Source: an uncultured Acidobacteriota bacterium (GTDB lineage Bacteria; Acidobacteriota; Thermoanaerobaculia; Multivoradales; UBA5704). Taken from it: a DNA stretch of 64,000 nt. The notes beneath the pieces are model-generated. The model was not told where the DNA came from and did no database searches. It saw only the letters and a list, made by a program, of their open reading frames with translations. Shown here piece after piece: positions 28,789-38,746 of this stretch. The position numbers and the translations under genes were made by a program. The stretch lies in NCBI GenBank assembly GCA_963770895.1, contig CAVYRF010000002.1, positions 5,280,001-5,344,000 on the forward strand. Direction: 5' to 3'. Each line of letters starts with the position of its first letter. Position 1 is the first letter of the stretch.

Positions 28789-29373
28789 CTAGCCGATGCT
28801 GCCGGGGCCGGTGCGGCCGCTGACCACCATGTGGGCGCGGCGGTTCTGCGACCAGCAGCTCTCCTGGTGCTCGCTGCACACCTGGCGCTCGGAGCCGTAG
28901 CTCACGGTGCGCATGCGGTTGGCGGCGACGCCCAGCGAGGTGAGGTAGCCCTTGACGGCGTTGGCGCGACGCTCGCCCAGCGCCAGGTTGTACTCCTCGG
29001 TGCCGCGCTCGTCGCAATAGCCTTCGATCATCAGGTCGAAGCGGTCGTGCGTCTTGAGCAGGCTGGCGTTGCGCTCGAGGTGCGAGCGGCTGTCGTCCTT
29101 GAGGCCGCTCTTGTCGAAATCGAAATAGACGTCGGGGCTGAAGCCCAGCCGGCGCAGCTCCGCGTTGACCACCGCCATGTCGGACGACATCAGCGGGTCC
29201 TCGGGGGCGTGCGTGGCGGGAGTGCTGGCCGGCCGCACCTGCGGCGCGGCTGGCGCCGGCGCGTTGTTCTGCGCCGCGGCGGCCGTCGGAGCCGTGACCG
29301 GCTTCTTCTTCGGACAGCCGTAGAGCACCGTGACCACGGACAGCAGAGCGACCCAGATTGCAGCCTTGCGCAT
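28789..29373 (-). CDS. pal: peptidoglycan-associated lipoprotein (OmpA-like)
   Basis: Lipobox LYGC; VYFDFDKS, EGYCDERGTEEYNLALGERRA, VSYGSE, WSQNRRA. Confidence 0.9.
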   Translation of the reverse strand: MRKAAIWVALLSVVTVLYGCPKKKPVTAPTAAAAQNNAPAPAAPQVRPASTPATHAPEDPLMSSDMAVVNAELRRLGFSPDVYFDFDKSGLKDDSRSHLERNASLLKTHDRFDLMIEGYCDERGTEEYNLALGERRANAVKGYLTSLGVAANRMRTVSYGSERQVCSEHQESCWSQNRRAHMVVSGRTGPGSIG

Positions 29374-29657
29374 CAGGACAGTCCTCCTTTCGAAATGGCG
29401 ACGCCTGCGACAGCGGTCGACGCGGCGGGCGCGACCGCTGGGGCAATCCCAGGCGCCGCCGCGAGCCACTGTACCAGGAATTGAATCGCAAGACGATAGG
29501 ATCGCAAGGCGATCTACTGCCGCCACCGCCGCCCGGCGCGATGGCCCGGAGCAGGGGAGCGGCTCGCCTGCGTCGTGGTGGTGTCGGGGGGGCGGCCGGC
29601 CTTCGCCGCGGCCGCGTCATGAGGGCGGCTGGCTTTCGTCGCGGTGGTGGGGGCTGA

Positions 29658-31391
29658 TCAGATGCGCGGTGCTTCGACGCCGTGGCGCAGCAGATCCAGG
29701 CCCTGGACGGCGGTCGAGGCGATGACGGCGGTCAGGCGGTCGCCGGCGCGCAGGATGGTGTCGCGCGAGGGAACCTCGTCGCGGTTGCCGCGCTGGATCG
29801 TCACCAGCAGGCAGCCCGGCGGCAGGCCGAGGTCGGCGACGCGCCGGCCGTCGAAGGGGGCGCCGGCCTCGACCAGGAGCTCGACGAGCTCGGTCGCCGC
29901 CGCTTGGCCGCCGGCGGCCATGCGGCCGCGCATCAGGTCGCGCTCGAGCAGCGCCTCGTAGATGGGCTGGTCGCGCATCAGGTCGGCGATGGCGTAGGCG
30001 ATGAAGCAGGCGGCGATCAGCGGCAGCATCAGCGAGTAGCTTTCGGTCATCTCCAGCAGCAGCACGATGCCGGTGAGCGGCGCCCGCACGATGGCGGTGA
30101 AGAGCGCCGCCATGCCGACGACGGCAAAGGCGGTGTGGTATCCCGCCGCGCTGGGCAGCAGGTGCTGGCCGACGAGCGCCACCAGCAGGCCGGTCTGGGC
30201 GCCGATGACCAGCAGCGGCGCGAAGATGCCGCCCGCCGTGCCGGTGCCGTAGCTCAGCATCGTCATGCCAAACCGCAGCACCAGCAGGACGACGAGCGTT
30301 CCCAGCGCCACCTGGCCGGCCAAGGTGTCCTGGACCAGCCGGCCGCCGCCGCCCAGGGCGGTCGGCGCGAACCAGCCGACGATGCCGACGGCGGCGCCCA
30401 CCAGTCCGGCGGACAGGCCGAGCGGCCAGCGGGCGGCGCGCTCGAACAGCCGCAGGCTGCCGAGCAGCGTGCGGTTGAAGGCGATGCCCAGCAGGCCCGC
30501 CAGCACGCCGAGCAGCAGGAACAGCGGCAGGCTGGAGATGGGCGGCACGGGCGGGCTGGCGACGTGGAAGACGGGCGACTGGCCCATCAGCAGCCGTTCG
30601 ACGACGTCGGCGGTGACCGAGGCGACGAACGCGCCGGTCAGCGCCCCCGGCGCGAAGTCGCGGCGCAGCTCTTCGAGGACGAAGATCACGCCGGCGAGCG
30701 GGGCGTTGAACGCCGCCGCCAGGCCGGCGCCGGCGCCGGCGGCGATCAGGGTGTGGCGCTCGCGGGCGTTGCCGCGGAACCACAGGCTGACCATCTGGCC
30801 GAGCGCGCCGCCCATCTGGACGGTGGGGCCTTCGCGGCCGAGCGCCAGGCCGCTGCCGATGCCGAGCGTGCCGCTGAGGAACTTGACCCACAGGACGCGC
30901 CGCCACTTGATGCCGCGCAGCCGGTGCAGCACCGCCTTGAGGTGCGGGATGCCGCTGCCGCCGGCCTCCGGGGCGAAGCGGCGCACCAGCCACAGCGCCG
31001 CCGCCGAGCCGGCGCCGCAGGCCGCCATGATGAGCAGGATCCCCGCCGGTGCCGGCAGGCGATGCGCCACGTAGAAGAGCCGTTCGCGCAGCCGGTCGGC
31101 CGCATCCAGGGTGTAGCGGAAGGCCGAAGCGGTGAGCCCGGCCAGCACGCCGACCAGGGCGGCGCGCGGCACGACGCGGCGGCGGCGCTCCTGGCGGCGG
31201 GCGAAATCGCGGATCTCGCGGCGGATGTCGCCCTGGGTGATGGCGGCGCCCGCGGCCGTCGGTTCCGCCGCGGCGGCGGAGTCCGCTTCGCCCGCCGCCC
31301 TGGCGGCCGCGGCAGACCCCGGCGCAGCCAGGTCGCCCCGGCCCTGCTGCCGCGAAGCAGCGGGGGTGGAGAGCGGGTGCGGCCGCGGCAT
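29658..31391 (-). CDS. clcA: ClC H+/Cl- antiporter with C-terminal TrkA_C (RCK_C) domain
   Basis: GSGIP, GREGP, AAFNAPLAG, GIFAP, PIYEAL; start approximate. Confidence 0.9.
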   Translation of the reverse strand: MPRPHPLSTPAASRQQGRGDLAAPGSAAAARAAGEADSAAAAEPTAAGAAITQGDIRREIRDFARRQERRRRVVPRAALVGVLAGLTASAFRYTLDAADRLRERLFYVAHRLPAPAGILLIMAACGAGSAAALWLVRRFAPEAGGSGIPHLKAVLHRLRGIKWRRVLWVKFLSGTLGIGSGLALGREGPTVQMGGALGQMVSLWFRGNARERHTLIAAGAGAGLAAAFNAPLAGVIFVLEELRRDFAPGALTGAFVASVTADVVERLLMGQSPVFHVASPPVPPISSLPLFLLLGVLAGLLGIAFNRTLLGSLRLFERAARWPLGLSAGLVGAAVGIVGWFAPTALGGGGRLVQDTLAGQVALGTLVVLLVLRFGMTMLSYGTGTAGGIFAPLLVIGAQTGLLVALVGQHLLPSAAGYHTAFAVVGMAALFTAIVRAPLTGIVLLLEMTESYSLMLPLIAACFIAYAIADLMRDQPIYEALLERDLMRGRMAAGGQAAATELVELLVEAGAPFDGRRVADLGLPPGCLLVTIQRGNRDEVPSRDTILRAGDRLTAVIASTAVQGLDLLRHGVEAPRI

Positions 31392-31478
31392 GGCGGCATC
31401 ATGGCCGAATTGCGCCGACTTGTCGAAGCGCCGCCGACAGAGGTCAGCGGCGAAGCAGCTTCGGATAAGCTTCGCCGC

Positions 31479-31946
31479 GTGGAGTCCCTGCACGTGGTGC
31501 TGGTCGAGCCGGAGATTCATTGGAACACCGGCAACGCCGGCCGCACCTGCCTGGCCGCGGGGGCTCGCCTGCACCTGGTGCAGCCGCTGGGGTTTTCGCT
31601 CGACGATCGGGAGGTGCGCCGAGCCGGTCTCGACTACTGGCCGCGGGTCCAGCCGCGGCTGTGGCCCAACTGGGAGAGCCTGGAAGCGCGGCTCCCGGAG
31701 CTGGGGGAGCCCTGGTTTTTCAGCAGCGAAGGGACGCGCGACCTGTGGAGCGTGCGGTTTGGCGAGCGGGTGGCGCTGGTGTTCGGCAAGGAGAGCGTCG
31801 GGCTGCCGATGGGCGTGCGCAAGCGCTACAGCGAGCGGCTGCTGGCGATCCCCATGGCGGACCCGGCGCTGCGCTCGCTCAACCTGTCGAGCGCCGTCGC
31901 CGTGGCGCTGTACGAGGTCCTGCGCCAGCGCGCCGCGGGTCAGTGA
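31479..31946 (+). CDS. trmL: tRNA (cytidine/uridine(34)-2'-O)-methyltransferase
   Basis: HVVLVEPEIHWNTGN.GRTC, RRAGLDYW, FGKESVGL, RSLNLS. Confidence 0.9.
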   Translation: MESLHVVLVEPEIHWNTGNAGRTCLAAGARLHLVQPLGFSLDDREVRRAGLDYWPRVQPRLWPNWESLEARLPELGEPWFFSSEGTRDLWSVRFGERVALVFGKESVGLPMGVRKRYSERLLAIPMADPALRSLNLSSAVAVALYEVLRQRAAGQ

Positions 31947-32605
31947 TGGGCCAGGACCTTCGCCGCGGCCTCTTCGGCGGGGACCAGCTGGTTGCCGGGG
32001 GTGCCGCGGGTGCCGCTGATGACCAGCCAGCGGTTGCCGGTCAGGACGTTGAGCGTCGAGATGATGCCGCCGGCCCAGTAGGCGCGCTCGCCCAGGTTGG
32101 GGACGTTTTCGGGCGCCTGACCCGCGATGCTTTGCGACATCGCGTGGGCGTGCTCGAAGTCGGCGCGCGTCTCCTCCGCGGTCTTGCGCTGCAGGACCAG
32201 CAGCGACACCACCCTGGCGGGCGGGCCGGCCACCGACACGTAGCCGCAGCGCGCCGCCACCTTGCCGGCGGTGCCGAACTCGACGTGGGTGATCGGCGGC
32301 TTCACCGGGCCGCCCAGCAGCGCCTCGGCGTCGTCCTGGGTGAGCAGGTCGCAGGCGGGGTTGATGGCGGTCTTCATGCCGGCCGGGAGCGGTCCCCTGG
32401 GCGTCTGGGAATCGCCGATCGTCGGCGGCGGCTGGTGGCGATGGCAGCCGCCGAGCGCGACCGTCAGAGCCATCAGAGCCATCAGAGCCAGCAGAGGCAG
32501 CAGAGCCAGAAGGGCCGGCCGCGCCAGGAGCGCCGGCAGGGCAGGCAGCGCCGGCAATGCGGGCAATGCCGGCAGCCATCGCTTGCGGGAAGGGGTCGTA
32601 TGCAT
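31940..32605 (-). CDS. lipoprotein with a PACDLL-type domain
   Basis: Lipobox LGGC after a repeat-expanded signal peptide; NPACDLLTQDD...CGY...VPNLGERAYWAGG. Confidence 0.75.
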   Translation of the reverse strand: MHTTPSRKRWLPALPALPALPALPALLARPALLALLPLLALMALMALTVALGGCHRHQPPPTIGDSQTPRGPLPAGMKTAINPACDLLTQDDAEALLGGPVKPPITHVEFGTAGKVAARCGYVSVAGPPARVVSLLVLQRKTAEETRADFEHAHAMSQSIAGQAPENVPNLGERAYWAGGIISTLNVLTGNRWLVISGTRGTPGNQLVPAEEAAAKVLAHH

Positions 32606-32609
32606 GGCG

Positions 32610-34061
32610 TTATCGTCCCGGCGCGGCGGCTGGCGCGGTGGGCGCCAGCGCCCGCACCAGCTCAGGGAAGCTGTCGAAGTCGTCGGCGCTGGATTGCTGG
32701 GAGGTGTCGCGCATCTGGCGCACGGCGACCAGGTTGGCGCCGGGGATGACCACGATGTACTGCCCGAGGTAGCCGTTGGCGTCAAAGCCGTAGGCCGGAC
32801 CGGCCTGGACCTTCGGTGTCGGCAGGTCGCGGCCGGCCACGTTGTGCACCCACATCGCGCCCGCCTGTTCGTGGCCGAACGCGCGGTCGAGGGTGTTGAA
32901 CAGTTCGTCGCGCGCGATGTCGCGCCCGGCAAGCGGCGTCACCGCCGCCAGGAACGCGGGGTCCGCGCCGCCGCGCCGCCAGGTGTCGAGCAGTGCCTGG
33001 TCGATGCGCATCCTGGTCCACTCGGGCAGCACCCACCACAGCAGTCCGCCGGTCGGCACATAGGGCTGGGCGGTGTGCACCGCCTCGCTGACGAAGGCCG
33101 GCGAAACCAGGCGCTTGCCGGCGTAGGTGCCGCCCTGGAGCATCAGCTGGCCGATGCGCGCGGCGTCCAGGGCGTCCAGCTGCAAGCCGGCCATGACGTG
33201 CGGATTGCCGGACGGGTCGCGCATCCACGAGAAGCGGGTGATGCCCAGCGGCGCGAAGATTTCGTCCTTCATGTAGACGTCGAGCTTGCGGCCGCTCGCC
33301 TTCTCGACGATGCCGGCGAGCAGGTTGACCGCCTTGTTGTTGTAGAAAAAGTGGCTGCCGGGGAAGTGCGCCAGGTCGGCGTCGAGGGCGAGCTGCACCA
33401 GGTTGGGCGAGGCGTAGACCTCTTCGGCGCTCGCCTGGGCCTGGATGCCGGACGTCTGATTCATCAGCTGGCGCAGGGTGATCGGCTGCTTGGAGGTTTT
33501 TTGCCACTGCGGGTACCAGGTGGCGACCAGCTGGTCGAGCGAGCGGATGCGCCCGGTTTCGAGCAGGCGTCCGATGGCCAGCGCGGCCACCGACTTGGTT
33601 GCCGACATCAGCTCGATCGGCGCCGCCGCCTTGCCGAACCGCTGGTTGGCGACCAGGCGTCCGTCCTTCAACACCACCACGGCGTCCGAATGGAAGAACC
33701 GCGCCCGCAGCATCAGGTGGGTAAACGCCTCCGCATCCAGCCCGGCGCTCCTGGCGTCGGGAAAGGCGGGCAGCATCGGATCGGGGCCGGACGGCCGCGG
33801 CAGCGTGTAGTCCTCGTAAGCGTGGGGCACGCGCAGCGCCGCCGGCACCTGGTCGGACATCGCCGCGGCACCGCCGCCGCCAGGGGCGGGGGCGGCGGAA
33901 GGCGAGACGCCGCCGGCCGGTTGGCCCGCCGGCTGGGCGATGGCCGCGGCGGCGGCGCGTGCGTCGATCACGGAATCCGGTAAGCCCGGCAGAATGGCGG
34001 CAAGCGCCGCAAAGGCGGCTGCCGCCAGCGGCGCGGCCAGCCAACGGTGGCGAACGGTCAT
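32610..34061 (-). CDS. secreted serine hydrolase (class C beta-lactamase / S12 family)
   Basis: SxxK SATK, ITLRQLMNQTSG, YxN YNN, ARIGQLML, ANGYLGQ. Confidence 0.9.
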   Translation of the reverse strand: MTVRHRWLAAPLAAAAFAALAAILPGLPDSVIDARAAAAAIAQPAGQPAGGVSPSAAPAPGGGGAAAMSDQVPAALRVPHAYEDYTLPRPSGPDPMLPAFPDARSAGLDAEAFTHLMLRARFFHSDAVVVLKDGRLVANQRFGKAAAPIELMSATKSVAALAIGRLLETGRIRSLDQLVATWYPQWQKTSKQPITLRQLMNQTSGIQAQASAEEVYASPNLVQLALDADLAHFPGSHFFYNNKAVNLLAGIVEKASGRKLDVYMKDEIFAPLGITRFSWMRDPSGNPHVMAGLQLDALDAARIGQLMLQGGTYAGKRLVSPAFVSEAVHTAQPYVPTGGLLWWVLPEWTRMRIDQALLDTWRRGGADPAFLAAVTPLAGRDIARDELFNTLDRAFGHEQAGAMWVHNVAGRDLPTPKVQAGPAYGFDANGYLGQYIVVIPGANLVAVRQMRDTSQQSSADDFDSFPELVRALAPTAPAAAPGR

Positions 34062-34696
34062 GATTTCTCCCTGGGTGTCTGCGGTGGCGCCGAGCCGGCG
34101 GCTGGTGGGCGGGCGGCTGGCGGGGCAGCATGCGGCCGTGCCGGGGCGGGGTGCGCCAGGCGGGCCAGGACGCGCGCCGCCAGCCCCTGCGCCGCGCGCT
34201 GCTGGTCCTGGTCGAGCTGCGCCGTGACGATCAGCACCAGGTTGCCGCGCAGCACGTGCAGCTGATCGATCTGGCCGCCCACCCAGAAGGCGCCTTCGCC
34301 CAGCCCCTGCACGTCTACCACCGGTGCCGCCGGGCCGAGCGAGCGCAGGCCGGCTTGCGTCGCCTCCTGCCGCTCCGCCGCCTGTTCGACGCTGGCCGAC
34401 TGCCGCACCGCCAGGCTGATCACCTTGGGCGGCTGTCCGGCGAGCGCGTAGGTGCACAGCGACGGGTCCCTGCCGACCGCGTCGTCGAGCGTGCTGCTGA
34501 GCGATCCCGCCACGTCCCTGGTGACCGTTTCGACGTCCTTGGACGTCAACAGCTGGCACGCATCCGGCGGCGGCACGATCGCCGCCGGCGCTGCGTGCCC
34601 GCCGCCGCACCCCAGGGCAGCGCCCCACAGCACGCCCGCCGCCATCGCCAGGCCGGCCCGAACCATCGCTCCCGCTGATCTGTGGGTGGCGCTCAT
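34058..34696 (-). CDS. lipoprotein, paralog of 31940-32605
   Basis: Lipobox ALGC; DACQLLTSKD...CTY...VQGLGEGAFWVGG. Confidence 0.75.
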   Translation of the reverse strand: MSATHRSAGAMVRAGLAMAAGVLWGAALGCGGGHAAPAAIVPPPDACQLLTSKDVETVTRDVAGSLSSTLDDAVGRDPSLCTYALAGQPPKVISLAVRQSASVEQAAERQEATQAGLRSLGPAAPVVDVQGLGEGAFWVGGQIDQLHVLRGNLVLIVTAQLDQDQQRAAQGLAARVLARLAHPAPARPHAAPPAARPPAAGSAPPQTPREKS

Positions 34697-34858
34697 CGTC
34701 GCTCGTTTCCGCCGTTCGCGGCGCCCCATTCTAAGTGGCGCGCGCCCCGATGGGAACCGCTGCGGGCCACTGGACACGGGTGCCGCCCTGGCAGGTCGTG
34801 GATCGACCTGCCCGGACGGCGGGAATCGGGGACGGTGGCGGGGAGGACTGCTAATGTT

Positions 34859-35017
34859 TTAGCAGGCGCTACAGGAGCGGCTCTGGATCGTGGTCTGCAC
34901 GCACACGGGAGTATCGGTGACGCAGCAGGCGGAGCCGAAGCCTGCCGTCACGACGCCGGACTCCAGGCTGTGGATGGTTTCCCGCGAAAGCCGCAAACTC
35001 ATCTGATTCTTCTTCAT
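34859..35017 (-). CDS. putative RiPP (lanthipeptide-like) precursor, 52 aa, absent from the ORF track
   Basis: AAGGAG RBS; hand translation MKKNQMSLRLSRETIHSLESGVVTAG-FGSACCVTDTPVCVQTTIQSRSCSAC. Confidence 0.8.
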   Translation of the reverse strand: MKKNQMSLRLSRETIHSLESGVVTAGFGSACCVTDTPVCVQTTIQSRSCSAC

Positions 35018-35431
35018 TTTACATCTCCTTTTTTCAACTCAGGATCATTCCTGAGCAGGGTCCAAAGTGCCAGTTATTAATACGTACGGGGTTGTAAATT
35101 CGTTTGGTTGTGGTAATCATCATGTTTTATGTAGACGATCAATATGCCATGACTATACCACCATCTGAGAACACAGAAAACCATCCAGGTGCGGGAGCGG
35201 CCAGGAGCGTCCGGGGCCGGTGCCTGGGGCGGCCGGGGCGCATCCAGGAGCGGCGCCTGAGGTGCGGGCCGGGCGCGTCCTAGACCGGCGCCTGGGGGGC
35301 GGGCCGGCGCGGCATGGATCGGCGACCGGCGCCGGCCGGGCCAGACCCGCAAAAGCAGGGGGCTACCGCTGCGTGCGCTGGGCCGGATCGTGTGGCGCGG
35401 GAGGCGGCGGTGCGGCTAAGATGCCGGCACT

Positions 35432-35884
35432 ATGAAAGTGCGCACTTGCAACCAGTCGGACGCGCCGGCGATCGCGGCGCTGGCGGTGGAGCTGGGGTAT
35501 CCCAACGATGCCGCCCAGGTGGCGCCGCGTCTGGCCAGCTTGATGGCGCGGCAGGATGACACGGTGTTGGTGGCGGAAGTGGACGCGGCTGACGGCGGCG
35601 CGCCGGCGGGTGCGGTCGTCGGATGGCTCCACCTGCGCGAGGAGCGCTCGGTGGTCAGCGAGCCGGTGGCTGAGATCGCCGGCTTTGTCGTGGCGAGCAG
35701 CCACCGCGGCAGGGGGATCGGCAAGGCGCTGCTGGGCGCCGCCGTCGCCTGGGCCGAGGCGCGAGGGATCGGCAGGGTGCGGGTGCACAGCAACATGGTG
35801 CGCACCGAAGCGCACAGCTGGTACCGCGCCGCCGGCTTCGCCCTGCAGAAGACCCAGGGAGTGCTGATCCGCAACACGGTCTGA
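35432..35884 (+). CDS. GNAT acetyltransferase
   Basis: ELGYP, HRGRGIGKALL, AHSWYRAAGF. Confidence 0.9.
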   Translation: MKVRTCNQSDAPAIAALAVELGYPNDAAQVAPRLASLMARQDDTVLVAEVDAADGGAPAGAVVGWLHLREERSVVSEPVAEIAGFVVASSHRGRGIGKALLGAAVAWAEARGIGRVRVHSNMVRTEAHSWYRAAGFALQKTQGVLIRNTV

Positions 35885-35906
35885 ACGGGCGGCGCCGTTC
35901 AGCGGT

Positions 35907-37658
35907 TCAGAGGTAGCCCAGGGAGTGCAGCAGGTCGCGGGTCTTGGGGTCCATCGGCTGCCGCCACTGGTTGGGGCCGCAGGTGGCGGACGGCGGGTCG
36001 GTTTCGACGTCGAACTTGGGAGCGTTCTGGCGGCTCCACAGGGCGCGGGTCAGGCGCTCCAGGTCGGCGGGAAAGCGGTCGGCGACGTTGGTGGTCTCCC
36101 CCGGATCGTGCAGCAGATCGTAGAGGGTGAAGCGCACGCCTTCGCCGCCGATCCAGCGCTGCTCGGTGCGGGTCTGGGCCAGGATCAGCTTGAAGCGCTC
36201 ATCGCGGACGATCTTTTGCCACTTGTCGTTGGTTTCCCAGCCGGCTTCTGAAAAGGCCAGGCCGGGGTGCTCGGGCGGCGGCGTGGAAGCCGATGCGACC
36301 CCCGCGGCAACCGCCGCCGGCATGGTGGGGGAGGCCGGCGGCGGCGGCGCCAGGCCGCGCAGGCGCGGCGTCAGCGACCGCCCCTGCTTCCAGACGCCGC
36401 CCGGCAGGGCGACGCCCGCCGCCTCGAGCAGCGTCGGCGCGACGTTGATCAGCTCCACCGGCGCGCGGTCGACGCGCGGCGCCAGCACGCCGGGATACGA
36501 CAGGATGAGCGGCACGCGCAGGCAGGTCTGAAAGCCGAAGCGGCCGTGATCGAAGTAGTACTGGTGCTCCCCCAGCGATTCGCCGTGGTCGGCGGTGAAG
36601 GCGGTCAGGGTGTGGGCCAGCAGCCCGCGCTGCTGCATCTGATCCAGCAGCCGGCCGATCTGCGCGTCGTCGTAGGCGATGGCGGCGTCGTAGCGGGCGA
36701 CGTAGAAGGGCAGATCGTGGTGACCTTCCAGCACCTGGTCGCGGCCGATGCCGCCCATCTGCAGCGTCGGCCGGTCGCCGACGAAGAGCTTCTGGGAGCG
36801 GTCGAAGTAGCGGTCGCCCTGGAAGCGATTGCGCCAGGCGCCGGGCGGCCGGTAGGGGAAGTGCGGGTCCAGGTAGTGCACCCAGAGGAAATACGGCTTG
36901 CCGGCGTGCGCCATGCCGTCGAGCAGGCCGATCGCCAGATTGGTCACCGCTTCGGCGCGGTTGGGGTCGGCGTCGCCGTGCACCGGCAGCTTCCAGGTTT
37001 CGATGTAGCTGTCAAAGCCCTGGTTGAACAGGAACTCCTTGCCCAGCGCGCCGTTGGCGACCACGGCCTGGGTCGAGTAGCCCTGCCGCTGCAGCACTTC
37101 GGCCAGCATCTCGAAGCCGCAGGAGACCGGGATGCCGACGCGGCGGACGATGCCGTTGTCCTTGGAATAGGTGGCGGTGAACAGCGAGGCGAACGACGGC
37201 GTGGTCTTGGGCCACTGCACGCTGGGCTGGTCGAAGCGTACGCCCGCCGCGGCCAGGCGGTCCAGGTTGGGCGACGTCGCCCGCGGATAGCCGTAGCTGG
37301 ACAGGTGGTCGGCGCGCAGGGTGTCGACGGTGATCAGCAGGATGTTGCTGCGCGCCGGCAGCGGCGGTACCGCCGGGGCCTGGGGCGCCGCGGCGCCTGC
37401 CGGGGCGTTCGCCGTGGCGGTGGCGGTCGTGCCGTGGCGCTGGCCGCAGGCGGTGAGAACCGCCAGGAGCAGACCAGGAACCAGAGCCAATGCCAGGGCC
37501 GGCACCGCCGCCGCGGCGCGCAGCGAGCTGCACAAGCCGCGGGTCGCCGACGCCGCGACGGGCGCACCCGCGCCGCCTTCTGCCTGCGCCCGGACGCGGC
37601 ATGGCCGTGTGGCGCCGCGGGCAGTCGCGGCGCCTGTCGTCCGCCGTCCTTGCGGCAT
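35907..37658 (-). CDS. sulfatase-like (alkaline phosphatase superfamily) lipoprotein
   Basis: LTAC lipobox; ITVDTLRADH, KTTPSFASLFT, HYLDPHFPY, ADHGE, LHSLGYL. Confidence 0.9.
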   Translation of the reverse strand: MPQGRRTTGAATARGATRPCRVRAQAEGGAGAPVAASATRGLCSSLRAAAAVPALALALVPGLLLAVLTACGQRHGTTATATANAPAGAAAPQAPAVPPLPARSNILLITVDTLRADHLSSYGYPRATSPNLDRLAAAGVRFDQPSVQWPKTTPSFASLFTATYSKDNGIVRRVGIPVSCGFEMLAEVLQRQGYSTQAVVANGALGKEFLFNQGFDSYIETWKLPVHGDADPNRAEAVTNLAIGLLDGMAHAGKPYFLWVHYLDPHFPYRPPGAWRNRFQGDRYFDRSQKLFVGDRPTLQMGGIGRDQVLEGHHDLPFYVARYDAAIAYDDAQIGRLLDQMQQRGLLAHTLTAFTADHGESLGEHQYYFDHGRFGFQTCLRVPLILSYPGVLAPRVDRAPVELINVAPTLLEAAGVALPGGVWKQGRSLTPRLRGLAPPPPASPTMPAAVAAGVASASTPPPEHPGLAFSEAGWETNDKWQKIVRDERFKLILAQTRTEQRWIGGEGVRFTLYDLLHDPGETTNVADRFPADLERLTRALWSRQNAPKFDVETDPPSATCGPNQWRQPMDPKTRDLLHSLGYL

Positions 37659-38746
37659 CAGCGGATGCGCCTCCGGCGGTGGCGGATGTAGTCGGCCAGG
37701 ATGAACTCGCCGAGGTTGTACGGCGAGGCGAAGTAGGCGCGGCCGCGGTTGATCTGGGTCAGCTTCTCCACGAACTGGGTGAGCATCGGGTCTGTCGCCA
37801 GCATGAAGGTGGTGATCACCACCTTCTGCCGGCGGCAGATGTCGGCCTCTTCCAGAGTGAGATTGACGATCCGCATGTCGAGCCCGAACGGGTTCTTGTA
37901 GATGTGCCCGTTTTCGGTGATCGCCGAGGGCTTGCCGTCGGTGACCAGGAAGATCTGCTTGTTGGGCTGCTTGCGGCGCGCCAGCAGGCTCCTGGCCAGC
38001 TGCAGCGCTTCCCGCGTGTTGGTGTGGTAGGGGCCGGCTTCGATGTAGGGGATGTCGGCCAGCGGCACTTCCTGCGCGCGGTCGCCGAACAGGATGACGC
38101 CCAGGTGGTCCTTGGGATAGCGCGTGGTGATCAGCTCGGTGAGCGCCAGCGCCACCGTCTTGGCGGGGGTGATGCGGTCCTCGCCGTAGAGGATCATCGA
38201 ATGGCTGATGTCGATCGCCACCACCGTGGCGCACGAGGTGAGGTGCTCGGTTTCGAAGACTTCGAGGTCTTCCTCGGCCAGGGCCAGCTCGCCCTTGGTG
38301 CGGCGCATGGCGTTTTCGAACGAGCGCGGCGCGTCGATCAGGTGCAGGTCGTCGCCGAAGGCGTAGGGGCGCGTTTCGGGCAGGCGTTCGATGCCTTCGC
38401 CGGCCTGCTGCACCGGGTGGTAGCCTGGGCCGGCGCGATCGAGGCCGGCGAAGATCTCTTCGAAGGCGCTGCGGCGGATGTGGCGCTCGCCGCCGCTGGT
38501 CAGCTGCAGCCCGCCCTCGGAGTCGCGGCCCACCAGGTCCTGGTCTTCGAGGGAAGCGAAGAACTTGTCCAGGTCCAGGCCCTCCGGCAGGTAGCCCTGG
38601 CGCTGCAGGTAGCGCATCCAGTCCATGGCTTCTTCGACGTTGCCGCCGGATGCCAGCACCAGCTGGTTGAAGAGACGCAGCAGGTCCAGGCCGGCCAGGA
38701 TCTGCCGGATCAGCTCGGGGTCGAGATAGAGGTACTGGTGGCGCAT
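37658..38746 (-). CDS. VWA-domain protein
   Basis: MIDAS DISHS, YHTNT, LVTDGKPS. Confidence 0.9.
   Translation of the reverse strand: MRHQYLYLDPELIRQILAGLDLLRLFNQLVLASGGNVEEAMDWMRYLQRQGYLPEGLDLDKFFASLEDQDLVGRDSEGGLQLTSGGERHIRRSAFEEIFAGLDRAGPGYHPVQQAGEGIERLPETRPYAFGDDLHLIDAPRSFENAMRRTKGELALAEEDLEVFETEHLTSCATVVAIDISHSMILYGEDRITPAKTVALALTELITTRYPKDHLGVILFGDRAQEVPLADIPYIEAGPYHTNTREALQLARSLLARRKQPNKQIFLVTDGKPSAITENGHIYKNPFGLDMRIVNLTLEEADICRRQKVVITTFMLATDPMLTQFVEKLTQINRGRAYFASPYNLGEFILADYIRHRRRRIR

Noticed and set aside
31392-32579. Long N-terminal extension of the ClC ORF
   Set aside because: It overlaps trmL and a lipoprotein gene; an open-frame artefact
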